Source of the DNA: Octopus vulgaris
Lineage: Eukaryota
Direction: 5' to 3'
NCBI GenBank assembly: GCA_951406725.2
Contig: OX597825.1
Coordinates: forward strand, 34,286,001-34,350,000
Length of the DNA: 64,000 nucleotides
The first letter of the stretch is position 1. Every line of letters starts with the position of its first letter. Below are positions 62,244 to 64,000 of this stretch, in pieces. The translations under genes and the position numbers were made by a program. Under the pieces are notes generated by a model, which saw only the letters and a program-made list of their open reading frames with translations, made no database searches and was not told the DNA's origin.

Positions 62244-62287
62244 GAGAGAGAGAGAGAAAGAGAGGAGGGAGAGAGGCATGGCTTGCA

Positions 62288-62590
62288 GGTGCAGGCATGG
62301 TTGTGCAGTAAGAAGCTTGCTTCCCAGCCACATGGTTCTGAGTTCAGTCTCACTGCATGGCACCATGGGCCAATGTCTTCTAGTTTAGCCTTTGGGGTAA
62401 CCAAAGCCTTGTGAGTGGATTTGGTTGACAGTAACTGAATGAAGCCTGTTGTATACATGTGCATGTATGTGAGTGTGTATTATGTGTGTGTGTGTGCACA
62501 CACGTGCATGCATGTGCATATGTTTCCGTTTGTGTTTGTCCTCCACCACTGCTTGACAATTGATGTTGATGTGTTTCCGTCTCCATAAAT
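62288..62590 (+). mobile_element. SINE family B
   Basis: GGTGCAGGCATGG..AAGAAGCTTGCTTCCCAGCCACATGG head as in other copies. Confidence 0.8.
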
Positions 62591-62689
62591 TTGTTTCCTG
62601 CTGAACAAGTTATGTGAACTCTTCTCCTCAATCTGAGAACCAGGATCAGTCCCACAGGACAATGGCAACAAATGTGAATGTGACAACCA

Positions 62690-63445
62690 TAGAGGTATCT
62701 CCCATTTGTGTGTTGCCAGGAAGGTCCTTTGAAGGGTTTATCTTAAACAGACTAAATGATGCCCTTGGCAGCATGGTGTCCCCTGAATCTCAGTGTAGAT
62801 TTCAGGCTGGTAGAGGCACAGTGGATATGATTTTTAGCCTAAGGCAGGAGCAGGAAAAGGCTTGTGAGCACAACGGAAACCTTTTTGCAATTTTTGCAGA
62901 TCTAACTAAAGCTTTCATTTCGGCACCATATCTAGAGATGCTCTTTGGGTTGTCTTTAAAAAGCTGGGCGTTTCAGAAAAGATGCTCAATGTCATCATTT
63001 CTTTCCATCAAGGGATGATGGCTTCTCTCAGATCTAGCATGAAACCATTTGATTCATTCACACTTTCAAATGGGACAAAACGTGGCTGTGTTCTTGCACC
63101 ACTCTTATTTGTTTTCTATTTCTCCAACATATTGGAAACAACATTCAAGGGTATTAAAGAAGGAGTAAAGTTTGAGCACAGAACTGGTTGTGGTTTGTTC
63201 AACCAACAGCATTTCAAAGCAAAAAGTAAGACTTTTGTGCAAACAGTTCAAGATTTACTCTTCACAGCTGACTGTGCACTTGTAGCACACATTCTTGAGG
63301 ACATGCTAAACAGCTTCTCACTGACCATCAGTATAAAAAAAACTGAGGTTGTCCATCAACCCATTTGTGACCATCTTCCTGAAGTTACCCTACTGTATAT
63401 GTTGATGGGAAAGCATTAAAAACTGTCACCTCCTTCACCAACATA
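62690..63445 (+). mobile_element. RTE-clade LINE RT fragment
   Basis: PESQCRFQAGRGTVDMIF, FADLTKAF, GTKRGCVLAPLLF, DLLFTADC. Confidence 0.9.
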
Positions 63446-63873
63446 GGTGAATGAAAGACATCTTGTGCAACTGAAACCTGAGTGTCTTTTTGGTCAGCTG
63501 AGACAATTTGGGCGCAAACTTGGCAGATACGTGTCTCATACCCAATTCTTCAGTGATAATGGACTGGTAATTGTGAGCAAATTTGTGCAAACATGTAGGG
63601 ATCCTGGCAAAATGCTGCTCCTCTAAATGGAAACCTTAACTGTCATTATAATTTTATAGCTCAAAGCAAAGCAGGTCTTGCCATCCACTCAAGAAAACAC
63701 AGTGTGATTGATCCAATTACACTCAAGCAAACCGAGTCCTCAACTTGTTCCATTCACCAACAGGTTTGCAAAGCACTAGTAGGCTTCAAGAGACACATTC
63801 ATGTCTATAGAACATGATTAATGCTTTATTTTACTGAACCCTCATTTGTAGTTCACATACAAGAGAATCCATC

Positions 63874-63972
<99 letters not shown>

Positions 63973-64000
63973 CATACATACATACATACATACCTACATA
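63874..64000. repeat. (TA)n / (CATA)n microsatellite
   Basis: Seen directly. Confidence 0.98.

Overview
AT-rich, microsatellite-rich animal genomic DNA, almost certainly from an octopus/cephalopod (inferred from the SINE families and a molluscan-type mitochondrial insert). Most of the window is transposon-derived: RTE, CR1, R4/Dong-like and L1/Tx1-like LINE remnants, mariner/pogo/hAT DNA elements, many tRNA-derived SINEs with target-site duplications (TSDs) and Penelope-like terminal repeats. Highlights: (1) a very young, apparently near-intact 4.26-kb Ty3/Gypsy element (37242-41500) whose primer-binding site is not complementary to a tRNA 3' end but exactly to nt 1-12 of tRNA-Phe, with a -1 frameshift heptamer plus candidate pseudoknot; (2) about ten minimal-type hammerhead ribozyme motifs, six within 46.3-48.4 kb, including a natural G3-C8 swapped core; (3) an older Gypsy element with an internal inversion breaking RNase H; (4) a nad1/cob NUMT invaded by younger elements; (5) the last three coding exons of a minus-strand single-pass membrane protein with a tyrosine-motif-rich tail, plus weaker candidate exons of a second minus-strand gene. 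All calls were made by eye; coordinates of degraded elements are approximate.
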